Shown piece by piece: positions 40,007 to 52,936 of a stretch of DNA of 64,000 nt. The DNA is from Macrostomum lignano (Eukaryota): the NCBI GenBank assembly GCA_002269645.1, contig NIVC01002360.1, positions 1 through 64,000 of the forward strand, read 5' to 3'. The notes under the pieces are model-generated. The model had not been told where the DNA came from and made no database searches. It saw only the letters and a list, made by a program, of their open reading frames with translations. The number at the start of each line of letters is the position of its first letter. Position 1 is the stretch's first letter. A program made the translations under genes and the position numbers.

Positions 40007-42070
40007 TTTAATTCAAATTCTATGCCTAAGCCAAGGCCTAACTTGTCTAAGTTGTAAGAAGTATGAAAATATAAATAGTTAATTAGATAGAACTAGATTA
40101 TTAGATTAGATTAGAATATCATATGAATTATTTCTATCTTATTTTAGTCAAACCAAAGCCAAAGGGCAAGCACAGATTAAAATCATTAGTCAAGGTGCAA
40201 TTTGATGATGTAGAAGTGAAAGGTATTTAGACGATTAGACCTATATTAGACGATAGTGAATTCAATCACAAGATATAAGTGATAAGCGCTACTAAAACCA
40301 ATACCATTTTCATAACCTTTATAGCATCAGTCATAAGGATAGCTGTTTGCGAATATTTTTAGGTGTACTTTTGACTATCTACTAAATTGACAGGGCATTT
40401 AATATTTTTGTAATAGTAATGAGAATAATTATGAAAGCACCACCAATCTGGAAAACTGCCGCCTATATTTTTGGCCTGTCGTAGTATGAAGCTGTAACGC
40501 CTTAACTAAAAATATAAACTTTTAAAACCATTATGTCAAGTTATACAGAAGTAAAAGAAGGTATAGTAACAAGAGCAATGAGATCTTTGTTAATCTAGAT
40601 GAGTCGTTTTGGGTACAGATGTTACAATCTTCCTAATGCTGGCGTATCCGGCTAAAATACATTACAGAAGCCTAAATATGTTTTGAAGTAAAAATTTTAG
40701 TGCATACTGTACATATTGATGCTTTTCAGGCTTTTGTATTTTGAATTTGAATTATTTTGAGTGTCGCAGTATTAACGGATTAATGGTTTCATGGAAAATC
40801 GATAACTCCATAAACGATAACTTTACAAGAAAGAAAATAATTGTAAGTGAAAGGTTATAGCTCGAAGATTTCAGGTTTGAAAAAGACAAAACTAAAAGCT
40901 TTTTTCTTCCAGAAATATTGGCCAGCCTTTTTGTTGCCTTCTGATAAAAGTTCAACCAACATTCATAAAATGTCGCTGCGTATTTTTGTTTCTTCCACTT
41001 CTGGAAGTATGAAAGTAAGCATACTGTTTGCTATTTGCAATTTATCTAGTTGTAAAAATAAACCAAAAAGTTGTGACCAACATTATCTAGTCAGTACAAG
41101 CATCTAAGTATAATTCTAAATGATTACATTATAACATGCATTATATACTATATTTGGTTTTGCTTAAATTAGAAATTGCTTAACTATTACTTGGTAATTT
41201 AGTTTATTGACATTATACAAAAATAGCATCATATGATTTTGTTCTTCAGCATTATTCTTAATGCAATTTTTTATTGTTTTTAAATATGCATGTATTTATA
41301 AATGCATTTAATTTATAATGCTAGCCTATTATACCATTGTCAATAATATCAATACCTATTTATTTTATAAGAATTAAAATTTTAGCCTATTTTGAATCTA
41401 AAAAATCTTATCTTTAATTTCTAGATGTTAATAAATTTTCTTAAGTTCAAAAATGGCTAAAACAATTTGTCTTAAGTTTCCAAATTGAACTCAAAGTATA
41501 TTTGTATTTATATACTAAAAACAATAAAATAAAAAAATATAAATTAAATACAGTCATTGAAGTGCTTATAAGACTTTTAATATTTATAACATATATGCAA
41601 AAATCAATTTAATATTTTGAACTTTTTTTTCTATTATATTACTCATTACAAAAATTTTCAAATAATATAAAGTTTGAGCTAGATATTCACAAAATAATAA
41701 ATAAGCAAAATGGTTTAAACTTTTAAGCATAACTGATAACTTAATATATAAGCTTTACAACAGTTTGGAAAACTATTATTTATTATTTTTATATACAAAG
41801 GCTCTAGACCTTAGGCTATACAAGTTTCTTTTCTGTGCTAAAAGTTAAAGGAGCCACACATTTGCCTTAGGCAAATTCGTTTATTGAATATTAGACAAGG
41901 AACAAGAAATAAAACAAATTTAATTCTATAGATAAGACTATTCTATTTATCAATGTTGTCATTGCAGCTGTTTTAACTTACAAAACTGCTTTTGGGAATC
42001 TTGGGAATCTATTTACTTTTGCTATATAGAACTGATCTATATTAATTGCGTATTTTTACATTCAATGCCC
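38890..42070. promoter_or_regulatory. AT-rich island containing the divergent GAK / SH3BGR promoter and both first introns
   Basis: ATGs at 40006 (-) and 40970 (+) are 964 bp apart and divergent. Very low GC (10/60 in line 41521). No tandem array. Confidence 0.6.
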
Positions 42071-45000
42071 AGATCAAGGAGCAGCAGGCATATATTAAGC
42101 GAATCCTAGATGGCCTGGGCTTGGCTTATGAGGAGATTGACATATCCGATCCAAAGAATGCCGAGGCCAAGGCTGAGATGCAGGAAGCTGCCAAGACACA
42201 CTCGAAATCTGTGGTGCCTCCACACTTGCTGCGGGATAACAATTATATTGGCGTGAGTTTGGGGGAGACAGTCATTCAGGGGTGAGACAGTCATGCAGGG
42301 TTGAGCCAGTCATGCAGAGGTGAGCAAGTCATGCAGGGGTGAGACAGTCATGTAGGGGTGAGACAGTCATGTAGGGGTGAGATTGTCATGCAGGGGTGAG
42401 ACAGTCATTCAGGGGTGAGATAGTCATGCAGGGGTGAGACAGTCATTCAGGAGTGAGATAGTCATTCAGGTGTGAGACAGTCATGCAGGGTTGAGACAGT
42501 CATTCAGGAGTGAGATAGTCATGCAGGGGTGAGATAGTCATGCAGGGGTGAGACAGTCATGCAGGGTTGAGACAGTCATGCAGGGGTGAGACAGTCATGC
42601 AGGGGTGAGACAGTCATGCAGGGTTGAGACAGTCATGTAGGGGTGAGACAGTCATGTAGGGGTGAGACAGTCATGTAGGGGTGAGATTGTCATGCAGGGT
42701 TGAGACAGTCATTCAGGGGTGAGATAGTCATGCAGGGGTGAGATAGTCATGCAGGGGTGAGACAGTCATTCAGGAGTGAGATAGTCATTCAGGTGTGAGA
42801 CAGTCATGCAGGGTTGAGACAGTCATGCAGGGGGTGAGACAGTCATGCAGGGGTGAGACAGTCATGTAGGGGTGAGACAGTCATGCAGGGGTGAGACAGT
42901 CATGTAGGGGTGAGACAGTCATGCAGGGTTGAGACAGTCATGCAGGGGTGAGACAGTCATGCAGGGGTGAGACAGTCATGTATGGAAGTATGATAACGAT
43001 CTTTGGGGTGAGATAATGGTGGATGGGGGTAAGAGTGATGTGTGGATGTGAGAGGGATGTATGGGATGAGATCCTGCTGGATGGGATGAGAGGAAGTGAT
43101 AGAGAAGGGGTTGCGCCTGTGAGGTAATTAGTAATGGGTAGAGGTGAAGCTGCAGAAATCAAGGTAATCTTGAAAAAAGTTAATTGTTGGACAGCAATAA
43201 TAAAGTTGCATTCAATGGCATTGGCAGGATGGGCAAGATTTCTACGACGCTGTTGAGGACGACAATATTGAGGTGTTCCTGCAGGTGCCCGGTGCGAAAG
43301 AGGTAAACATCTGCTGTCAGTAATAGCTGCTTTTTCGATACATATCGGGACTTGGGTTAGCTGGTGTGTTATGCATCACATTTACTTATTTTCGATACAT
43401 ATCGGGACTTGGGTTCTCTTGTGTGTTACGCATCTCATTTACATATTTTCGATACATATCGGGACTTGAGTTATCTTGTGTTTTACGCATCCCATTTATA
43501 TATTTTCGATACATATCGGGACTTGAGTTATCTTGTGTGTTACGCATCCCATTTATATATTTTCGATACATATCGGGACTTGAGTTATCTTGTGTGTTAC
43601 GCATCCCATTTATATATTTTCGATACATATCGGGACTTGGGTTCTCTTGTGTGTTACGCATCTCATTTACATATTTTCGATACATATCGGGACTTGAGTT
43701 ATCTTGTGTGTTACGCATCCCATTTACATATTTTCGATACATATCGGGACTTGAGTTATCTTGTGTTTTACGCATCCCATTTATATATTTTCGATACAAT
43801 CGGGACTTGAGTTATCTTGTGTGCTACCCATCTATTTTACATAACTTTCGATACATATTGGTGCTTGGGTTCTCTTGTGTGTTGTTACGCGTCAATTTTG
43901 CTTTTACATAATTTTCGATACATATCGGCATCGAGGTAAGGTATTAAATCAGAAGTGTTACCAGACATGCACCAGCCCATACTTTACTGCCCCCTTCTCG
44001 CACCAATTTTAGAAGAAAATCGAGCCACTGGAAAAAGGAGGAAGCGACGAAAACGACACGGAAAAGGTGCCTCAGGATTGACGGAAGAGTTGGCCCTGGC
44101 CTGTCTGCTTCTGTTTGACTGTTCTGCCCAGTCTTGTGTCATAGAGTGTAGATTTCTTTTTGCTTGATTCTTCAGGTTATTTTATTGCGCTAGTAACACG
44201 CACACCGTTTTTTTACCTGTGCTAATTTTACTAACAATCTGCTTCTGTAACGCTAAAGATTTTTACATGTTTTGCTTTACTTGTAAAATTTGCCTTTCTT
44301 GTTTCGCATTCCTTTGATTAAATGTTTTGCGCGAAATTTCGGACTGCACGAATCAGTGGAGGGGGGGCATGCGATAGTTGAAGTGCCACTGGACTTTGCT
44401 CTGCTGACTGACCTGCCAACCCCGGATGCATGAGCCGCGAGAGTCGCAGCAGTTATTAACTTGGATTGCATTGGACTGGTCACGCCTAAGCATGCGTTGT
44501 GCCGTGCGTTCCTTGTTGAAGGTAATTCTCTCTGTAGTTTGAATATGAGCTTTCGTTTTTTTGCTCAAGCATTCCACAGCAGCGGTTCCGGATTGTAGTG
44601 CCGTTCTCTCCCTGGTTCCTTGCCTCATCTCAGGCCTGATTGTAGTGCCGTTCTCTCCCTGGTTCCTTGCCTCATCTCAGGCCTGATTGTAGTGCCGTTC
44701 TCTCCCTGGTTCCTTGCCTCATCTCAGGCCGGATTGTAGTGCCGTTCTCTCCCTGGTTCCTTGCCTCATCTCAGGCCTGATTGTAGTGCCGTTCTCTCCC
44801 TGGTTCCTTGCCTCATCTCAGGCCTGATTGTAGTGCCGTTCTCTCCCTGGTTCCTTGCCTCATCTCAGGCCTGATTTTTCCTTCTTTTTTAGAGCGAGAA
44901 AATCGAAGACCAAGAACAGAGGGGCGATAAAGAAGAGGAGGACAAAGGCGGAGACAAGGAGAAGGAAGAGAAGGAGGATGGCGACGAGGGTTCAGAGACT

Positions 45001-45390
45001 GGTGAGAAAAACAAAGAGTCGGATAAGAAGGACAAAGAGTCCGAAGAAAATGATGAAGAGGAGGAGAAGGATAAAGAAGCGGAAGCTGAGGATAAGGATT
45101 CTGATAAGGTCAAAGACACCGACATGAAAGACAAAGAGTCTGATGAGAAAGACAAAGAGTCCGAGGAGAAGGACAAAGAGTCTGAGGAGAAGGACAAAGA
45201 GTCTGAGGAGAAGGACAAAGAGTCTGAGGAGAAGGACAAAGAGTCTGAGGAGAAGGACAAAGATTCTGAAGAGAAGGACAAAGAGTCTGAGGAGAAGGAA
45301 GAAGAGCCAAAAAGAAAGACCAAGAAGTCAACAGATTCGGATGAGGAGACGGACGATAAAAAGAGCGAATCGAAGGCAGAAGACGATTGA
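40970..45390 (+). CDS. SH3BGR: SH3BGR-family thioredoxin-fold protein with long acidic KDKESEE-repeat tail, 4 exons, ~265 aa
   Basis: Exons 40970-41014 (MSLRIFVSSTSGSMK), 42073-42252 (IKEQQAYIKRILDGLGLAYEEIDISDP...PPHLL), 43228-43302 (DFYDAVEDDNIEVFL), 44893-45390 (Glu/Asp/Lys-rich). All junctions are phase 0. Confidence 0.88.
42273..42980. repeat. 19-bp minisatellite (GAGACAGTCATGCAGGGGT), SH3BGR intron 2
   Basis: Direct inspection. Confidence 0.95.
43332..43925. repeat. 57-bp minisatellite, SH3BGR intron 3 (5' part)
   Basis: TTTCGATACATATCGGGACTTGAGTTATCTTGTGTGTTACGCATCCCATTTATATAT, about 10 copies. Confidence 0.95.
44589..44875. repeat. 47-bp minisatellite x6, SH3BGR intron 3 (3' end)
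   Basis: CTGATTGTAGTGCCGTTCTCTCCCTGGTTCCTTGCCTCATCTCAGGC. Confidence 0.95.
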
Positions 45391-46761
45391 TGACAGGAAA
45401 TGGCATCATCTGCGAGTATTTAATGAGCGGTTTTTACCATTTATGATGATATTTTACAATCTAAAGCCATTTACGAGGTAACAGGCAACACGTATTGCTT
45501 ACTGCCCTGCTGATCTCCTATGCGTCTTATTTAGCGTCAATCTTCATTTTAACCGCTTCTGTTATTAACCTGGACTCAAATCGTTAAGTATGTGTGATAT
45601 TTATTTGATTTATACCGTGTTAAGTTTTTATATATTTGGAATGACCAAAAAGGTAGGCTGATACCAACTGCTCCAGCAATAAGTACCCGATATGCATAGC
45701 TACTCCGTGTTAAGAAATATTGAATTGATTTTTATTTACTGAGCGGATTTCTGTTCAACATAGTTCACTGCGCTTCTCCACCTTTTATTGACTCGCGTTT
45801 TCTTATTTATAAAATATACCGTTTGCTGACATCAACATTGTTTTAATCACTGCCTAGCTCTACCTTTACTAAACTGTACTTCATTAATTTAAGCTCGTTG
45901 ACTGACTGATTTGCTTATCATACTTTAAAACAGTCTTATTCTTAAAAAGTCAAATGTAAGCAAGATGTCAGCATGGCTACTTGCTGCTAGTAGACAGATT
46001 AGTGTATGCGAGTAGTTTTTTAAATGAAATATGAATTATGACTTGAAAATTTGAATACAGTGGGTCTTCCGGTGAAATCAAATTCTCGTAATTTTCGCTC
46101 GTTGGGACCGTATGATCCGAAACTGCAAATACTCGTACATAACCGCCTAAGAGTACAAAAGCACCAGGCGTACTCAGAGTCGCAACTGTGAGCCCGCAGT
46201 CTTGCATAATTTATTACATTTGACAACCCTATCCTCCAGCGCGCAGTTGCAGTCGCGCCACCTCGATCGAACTTAGAGGTCTTGTTTGGTGCTCTCGCGC
46301 ACAGACGGCACACCTCTCCCTGCCCTTTGAGCTTGCATATGGCTATCCGACACTCCTATTGAAGGAGTGTTCTCAGAATTGCCTTCTCGCTTCACACGCC
46401 AAGGTATAATAAAAAAGAGTTCTCAGAAATCCTGCGTTCCGCTGCTGTGTATGGCAGCTCTTTTTTTGAAAAAAGAATATCTATTCAGAATTGGGGTTGG
46501 AGACTTGCACAGGAATAAATTATATTTTTCACTTACTGTCGGCTGTGCTATAGCTCCAAACCTCAGTCGGCAGCTGCAGTTGGGGCAAGGCTATGCAGCT
46601 AAAAAACTCGTACAAGGCAAGGCATAGAAATATAAAATACGAGTAATTGCTAACTCTGCGCTCAACACTCGTCTCGAAACTCTTGTCCTGAAGGGACTTT
46701 GAGACAAGGACTCGCGTATACTGTAACTTGTATTTTCTAAAAACATAATCTGTCTTTCGAG

Positions 46762-48322
46762 ATGGAGCAGATAGCGGCTATAGTACTTCTAGTATTGCTT
46801 AATTCTTGCCAGTTCTCTCCAGCAATCCCAGCTTCTCCTAGTAGAAGCAATTCCAAGCTGCAAGAGAAGAAATACGCGGACCCAAAGAGCAACGAAACGG
46901 CCAGCGTCTTCATCATCCCCGGCACCAAATGGTGCGGCAAAGGTAATCATATTATTTCCATGCATTTTGTTGCTCGTCAGTGGCGAGGCAAGCCCGTTTC
47001 TGAGCAAGGATCTCGTGAAACATGAATCCTAGTAGCTGTTTTAAATTCCCGCAATAAAACTGCTCGGCAGGCAACGTGGCAACCAGCTATGAGAACTTGG
47101 GCAGCGAGTACGAAACAGACAAATGTTGCCGGGACCACGACACCTGCCCGCACTCCATCACCGCGCTGCAGACTCGCTATGGATTGAAAAATCCTTTTTT
47201 GACTACACTGTCTGATTGCGAGTGCGACGTTAAGTGAGTTCAGCCTTCTCAGCTGTTGTGGCGAAACAGCACGATTCTACCTAATCTCTATCTTGTCCGC
47301 TCTCCCTCTGTTTCTTCCGTCCCCCTCTCTGTTTCTTCCGTCCCCCTCTCTGTTTCTCCTCCCCCTCTCTGTTTCTTCCGTCCCCCTCTCTGTTTCTCCT
47401 CCCCCTCTCTGTTTCTCCTTCCCCCTCTCTGTTTCTCCTTCCCCCTCTCTGTTTCTCCTTCCCCCTCTCTGTTTCTCCTTCCCCCCTCTGTTTCTCTTCC
47501 CCCTCTCTGTTTCTCCTCCCCTCTCTGTTTCTCCTTCCCCTCTCTGTTTCTCCTTCCCCTCTCTGTTTCTCCTTCCCCTCTCTGTTTCTCCTCCCCCTCT
47601 CTGTTTCTCCTCCCCCTCTCTGTTTCTCCCCCCCCTCTGTTTCTCCTCCCCCCTCTGTTTCTCCTCCCCCCTCTCTGTTTCTCCCCCCCCTCTGTTTCTC
47701 CTCCCCCTCTGTTTCTCCTTCCCCCTCTGTTTCTCCTTCCCCTCTCTGTTTCTCCTTCCCCCTCTCTGTTTCTCCTCCCCCTCTGTTTCTCCTTCCCCCT
47801 CTGTTTCTCCGTCCCCCCTCTGTTTCTCCGTCCCCTCTGTTTCTCCCCCTCTGTTTCTCCTCCCCCTCTGTTTCTCCCCTCTCCCCCTCCCCTCAGTTTC
47901 TCCATTCTCCCATCTCGCTTGTTTCTCCCTTCGTCCTCTCTCCACCTGTGCTTCTCCCAATTAATTCATTCTTTCTCCCCCCTCTCTCGGTCTCGTTGCC
48001 GCCGCCTCTAGCAGGGCATGCAAGATTCTAAACCTTCTCTAGAACCCGCGGCCGTGGCCCCCGCAGGTTCTACTTCTGCCTGAAGCAGGCCGCCCAGATG
48101 TCCGCCACCGCCCAGTTTGCCGTCAAAATGTTCTTCGAGACACTTCGAATGCCCTGCTTCCAGCTGGTCAGCCGGCCGGTGTGCCAGAGCCGGCACTTCC
48201 TGTTCGGCACCTGCCAGGGTGGTGTGAAAAACCGGACGGTGGCCGAGCTGCGCCGGCTGCCGTTTTTCACGGACGACCTGGCCAGGGCTGTGGCCGGCGG
48301 CCATCTGAGGTTCCGGACGTGA
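46762..48322 (+). CDS. Secreted phospholipase A2, group III (bee-venom type), 3 exons, ~199 aa
   Basis: Exons 46762-46942, 47071-47233, 48067-48322. Signal peptide, Ca-loop IIPGTKWCGKGN, catalytic DKCCRDHD, CECD..FYFCL. Confidence 0.93.
47293..47900. repeat. Pyrimidine-rich ~18-21-bp repeat (CTCTGTTTCTCCTTCCCC), PLA2 intron 2
   Basis: Direct inspection. Confidence 0.95.
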
Positions 48323-48404
48323 CGATTGTAAATAAAAGCAGAGATATCGCATCAAAACCGGAACTGACAATAATAGAAGAGACGACTCAATCATTCTCGA
48401 ACCG

Positions 48405-49400
48405 GAAGTGGTCCCACAGTCCTGCAGAAGGGAATTAGCTTGGATATTCTAAGAAATGAGGAACCGGGTGCCCCACAGTCCTGCAGAAGGGAATCAGATT
48501 GGATGTCCTAAGAAATGAGGAACCTGATGTGGTGCCCCGCAGTCCTGCAGAAGGGAATCAGATTGGATATCCTAAGAAATGAGGAACCGGGTGCCCCACA
48601 GTCCTGCAGAAGGGAATCAGATTGGATATCCTAAGAAATGAGGAACCGGGTGCCCCACAGTCCTGCAGAAGGGAATCAGATTGGATATCCTAAGAAATGA
48701 GGAACCGGGTGCCCCACAGTCCTGCAGAAGGGAATCAGATTGGATGTCCTAAGAAATGAGGAACCGGGTGCCCCACAGTCCTGCAGAAGGGAATCAGATT
48801 GGATATCCTAAGAAATGAGGAACCGGGTGCCCCACAGTCCTGCAGAAGGGAATCAGATTGGATATCCTAAGAAATGAGGAACCGGGTGCCCCACAGTCCT
48901 GCAGAAGGGAATCAGATTGGATATCCTAAGAAATGAGGAACCGGGTGCCCCACAGTCCTGCAGAAGGGAATCAGATTGGATATCCTAAGAAATGAGGAAC
49001 CGGGTGCCCCACAGTCCTGCAGAAGGGAATCAGATTGGATATTCTAAGAAATGAGGAACCGGATGCCCCACAGTCCGCAGTCCTGCAGAAGGGAATTTAG
49101 ATTGATATTCTAAGAAATGAGGAACCTGATGTGGTGCCGCAGTCCTACAGAAGAGAATTAGCTTGGATATCCTAAGAAATGAGGAACCGGGTGCCCCACA
49201 GTCCTGCAGAAGGGAATCAGATTGGATATCCTAAGAAATGAGGAACCGGATGCCCCACAGTCCGCAGTCCTGCAGAAGGGAATTTAGATTGATATTCTAA
49301 GAAATGAGGAACCTGATGTGGTGCCGCAGTCCTACAGAAGAGAATTAGCTTGGATATTCTAAGAAATGAGGAACCGGATGCCCCACAATCCTGCAGAAGG
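48405..49400. repeat. 59-bp minisatellite downstream of PLA2
   Basis: GTCCTGCAGAAGGGAATCAGATTGGATATCCTAAGAAATGAGGAACCGGGTGCCCCACA, with a higher-order variant block at the 3' end. Confidence 0.96.
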
Positions 49401-50744
49401 GAATTTGTTAATTCACATCAAATTTCAAATTCATGCAAATTCTGTCAAATTGATGATCAGTTGACAAGCGAATTAAGCATGCTTAACGCAAGTCCATGTC
49501 ATACAAGAAATCCTCGAAAGCGCTACAGAGTGAATCTGCTGGACCATTTCAGTGAGCACGTGTTTTGTGTTCAGATGTTTACATTTATATACCGTACATG
49601 TACGCTCGTAAAATAACGTGATTTTGTCAAATGGATTTTACTAGTCGATTTCACTAGAATAAGAAAAATACACAGAGTTTTTATTGCTGTGATTCAAATC
49701 GAGTCAAACGACATGGCACCGTTCCATGAAAGTTACCCTTTAGGATTACAGGGGGGCTGAGGAACAGACCCTCCGGCTAAAATCCCTAAGTAACTAAGTT
49801 CCTGATTCACAGCCTTCAAACCCAAGCCCCAAGCCATGCACAGGGAGTGTATATCCCTGAAGATCATACACGCGCAACCCCCCTGATTTACACTGGCCAT
49901 GCGACTTATCTACGACAAAAATATGTACAAAATTTTGGGTAAACGGCGGGAGTAACTTCAACTGTACATTTGAGCCAAAATGCTTCGTCATCTAATTAGT
50001 ACTCCGTCTATATTTTGGTGGGCATTTTTGCGACTTACATTGGCTTGGCTGGGCTCCTCGCAAGCCGGCTGGGCGTTGCGCATGTATGCTGACGATGCCT
50101 ACGTCAGCGCCGCTGTACAGTGTACACCCTGCATGAGCATATGCTGATGCGAGCTCAGAGGTCAGGCAAGTCAGACCTCGACTGTCGCCTTGCACAATTC
50201 CCAAATAATGGTATTAAAATCTGTGCGCATCTCTGCTTTTTGACATCTGTAGTATAAGTTCGAATATTTGAAGCGCCGATATATAGCCAACAACTTTATC
50301 TGTGTATTTCTTATCGCAATAAGAAGTGAAAGGAATATAAAACACATAAAGGGCATATTAAAAATGAGGCAAAGGCATGCGCATCTAGCTAGCTAGGCTA
50401 AAAAAGCAGCGCAGTAAAAAATAAAATTAGGCACACGAAAAGTTTCTATAATACTCAAAGTAGCAAAGCATACATTTTATATATGATATCAGTAAATAAC
50501 AGAACCAAAAAACTGAATATGCAGAATTTTAGTAGAAGATTATGAAATTGATAAGAGCGGGCAAGTATTTTTGCATTATTTTACAAAAGCTGATTAATTA
50601 ATTGGCTATCGTGCAGGTAGGAAAGTTGAAGCTATAATATTAAAGTATTCGGTAATTAAATTCTGTTGCTAAGGTAAACAGCGGGAGTAAATGTGCATTT
50701 AGTTACTGGCCAGATTGCCTCGCCATCTAAACAGCGGTAGCAGC

Positions 50745-52874
50745 TTATTTTCCGCCGCCGGCGCTGTGGCGCAGGTCGCTCAGCGCCCGGCGCAGCAGGC
50801 CGTAGCGCGAGACGCCGGGCCACAGAAGGGCGCCGAGCGCCGCCGCGTAGCCCAGCAGGAGGCCGCTGACGCTGGCGCCGATCAGCGCCACGGCTAGCAG
50901 GGCGGCGCCGGCGCCAAGTGCAAAAGCGCGGGGACGATTCCGCCGAATGGCGAAAATTCGGCGAATGGCGGCGGCGAGGGATTCGCCCCGGGCCGACAGG
51001 CGGCGACAGACGGCGGTGTAGCAGGCCTGCGGGAGTGAGGGGGCGGCACGGGTTCTCAGTGATGCAGACTGCGGATGCTGCAAGGACTCAGCGGGCAAGA
51101 GAAACGTTACTCTAAAGCTGGGGTGGATTTTAAGCAAGGTATGATTTCAGATTGTATATGATTTTAAGTTGTATATGATTTCAAGTTTTACATGATTTCA
51201 AATTGTACATGATTTCAAATTGTACATGACTCCACCAGGTCATCGGAACCGGAACTCCTTGGCTTTGTCTGTTCACGATGGTAGCGTCCACGCCTTCCGT
51301 CCTCCAGCTCAACGTCGACCACAACCTTTCCCTCTGTTGCCACCACTTCGCCAGACTTCCACTTTGTCATCTCGTTGTTGTAGGTTTTCACCCAGACTGG
51401 CTCACGTGCCAGAGAAAATGCAGGGGTGCGAAGTAGGTGACCTCTCATCAGCTCAGAGGGCGATTTTCCGGTCGTAGAATGTTTCGCGTTCCGGTCTTGA
51501 AGCAGAAACCGGTCGACGCAACTCTGAAGGTCGTCTTCTTCAGCGGCTCGGACGTGATTTTTTAAATCTCTCACAAAGCGCTCGGCCAGTCCATTTGACC
51601 TTGGATGATACGGTGGTGTGAGAACATGTCGGCAGTTGATTCCTTTTAACCAACCTTGCATTTCTTTCGATACAAAATGAGGTCCATTGTCGGAAACAAT
51701 AGTCACGGGCACGCCTTCTTGGGCGAACGTTCTTCGCAGTCGCTTGATTGTCTCAGATGAAGTGGTTCCCTTAGTCACGTGAACTTCAGCCCATTTACTA
51801 AACGCATCAATCAGTACCAACATGTAGTTTCCTCCCTTCATAGGCCCTGCGTAGTCCATGTGAACTCTTGACCAGCATTCGGTCTCATCCGGCCACGAAG
51901 TCCATTGTCGGGTGGCCCCATGATCCTTGTTTTCCTGGCACGAACTACATCCTTTCGCATACTTTTCGATGTCTCGATCTACTTCAGGCCTCCAGACGCA
52001 TTGTCTAGCTATGGATTTCATCTTTTCTGGTCCGATGTGTCCTTCGTGCAGCAATCGCAAAGTTGCAGAACGCTCCTGCTTTGGTACAACCAGCCGAATA
52101 CCTCTGTACAGCAATCCATTCTCAATGACTAACTCGTCCCTGAATCGGCTAAACTGTTGTAGTTCTCGGAGTCCTTCTGCATTCCAGCCAAACTTGACTG
52201 GAGCGAATAACTTCCGGAGCTCTGAATCCTCTTTCGATTGTCTTCTCAAACGCTCCTTGTTGATTGGAAAAATTTTTTCCGCTGGGGCTTCTGTCTCCAG
52301 AGGCTCGATAAGACCAGCCGTCGTCGCCAGTGTTCGTTTTTTGGGACGAGTAAGAAAAAGCTTAACTCTGCAGACGCTTGGTCTTTTTCAATTATATTTT
52401 GGCAACTCTTTAAGCCACCGAATTGAACTGTACAAATGTCCATAGACATCAATAGGATTCTCAGCCGTTGACGGCTACTAAGCAAAGTGCATTCTCTAAT
52501 AAATAAAAGTTCACCACAGTGCTAACAATCTGAGCGGGCGCAGCCACAGACGCCCAGCTCACCTGGTCAGCCTCGGTCCAGGACTCTCCCAGCAGCAGTG
52601 GGGCCAGGAGTTTCGGCACGGCGAAATCGGCGGTCACGGCCAGCAGGCACAGGAGGGTCAGGCAGGCCAGCGGGGCGGGCCGGGCCACCGCCAGCAGGGC
52701 GAAGGCGAGGGTGAGGCCGGCCAGCAGGCAGCCGAATGCCAGAGGCCGCTCCCAGTGCAGCACGGCATCGGCGCGGACCAGCACGTGGCGCCAGGGCTGC
52801 AGCGCGACTGCGAACTGGCTAGCGCGGGACTCGCGAACCTGCAGCTGAGTCTGCTCACTGTTGGATGACTGCAT
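50745..52874 (-). CDS. ARL6IP1: ADP-ribosylation factor-like 6-interacting protein 1 (ER-shaping membrane protein), 2 coding exons, ~197 aa
   Basis: Exons 52874-52563 (ATG start; the track's 52886 start is TTG) and 51026-50745. LQPWRHVLVRADAVLHWERP, hydrophobic hairpins, DFAVPKL, W, and LLWPG resemble ARL6IP1, and the length matches. Confidence 0.85.
51215..52480 (-). mobile_element. Gypsy/Ty3 pol fragment (RNase H tail + integrase) inside the ARL6IP1 intron
   Basis: ORF 51215-52249: HEGH...CSSC zinc finger, WSRVHMDYAGP, DAFSKW, SDNGPHF, SNGLAERF (D-D-E intact). No LTRs seen. Confidence 0.9.
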
Positions 52875-52936
52875 CTGGTGCTGCAAGCATTAAAACGTTG
52901 ATATACTACTAGAAGTATTTTATACAGAACACGAAG

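Noticed and set aside
49992-50204. GIVQGDS as a non-LTR reverse transcriptase motif
   Set aside because: No flanking RT motifs (LSP..F, YADD) in any frame; likely chance.
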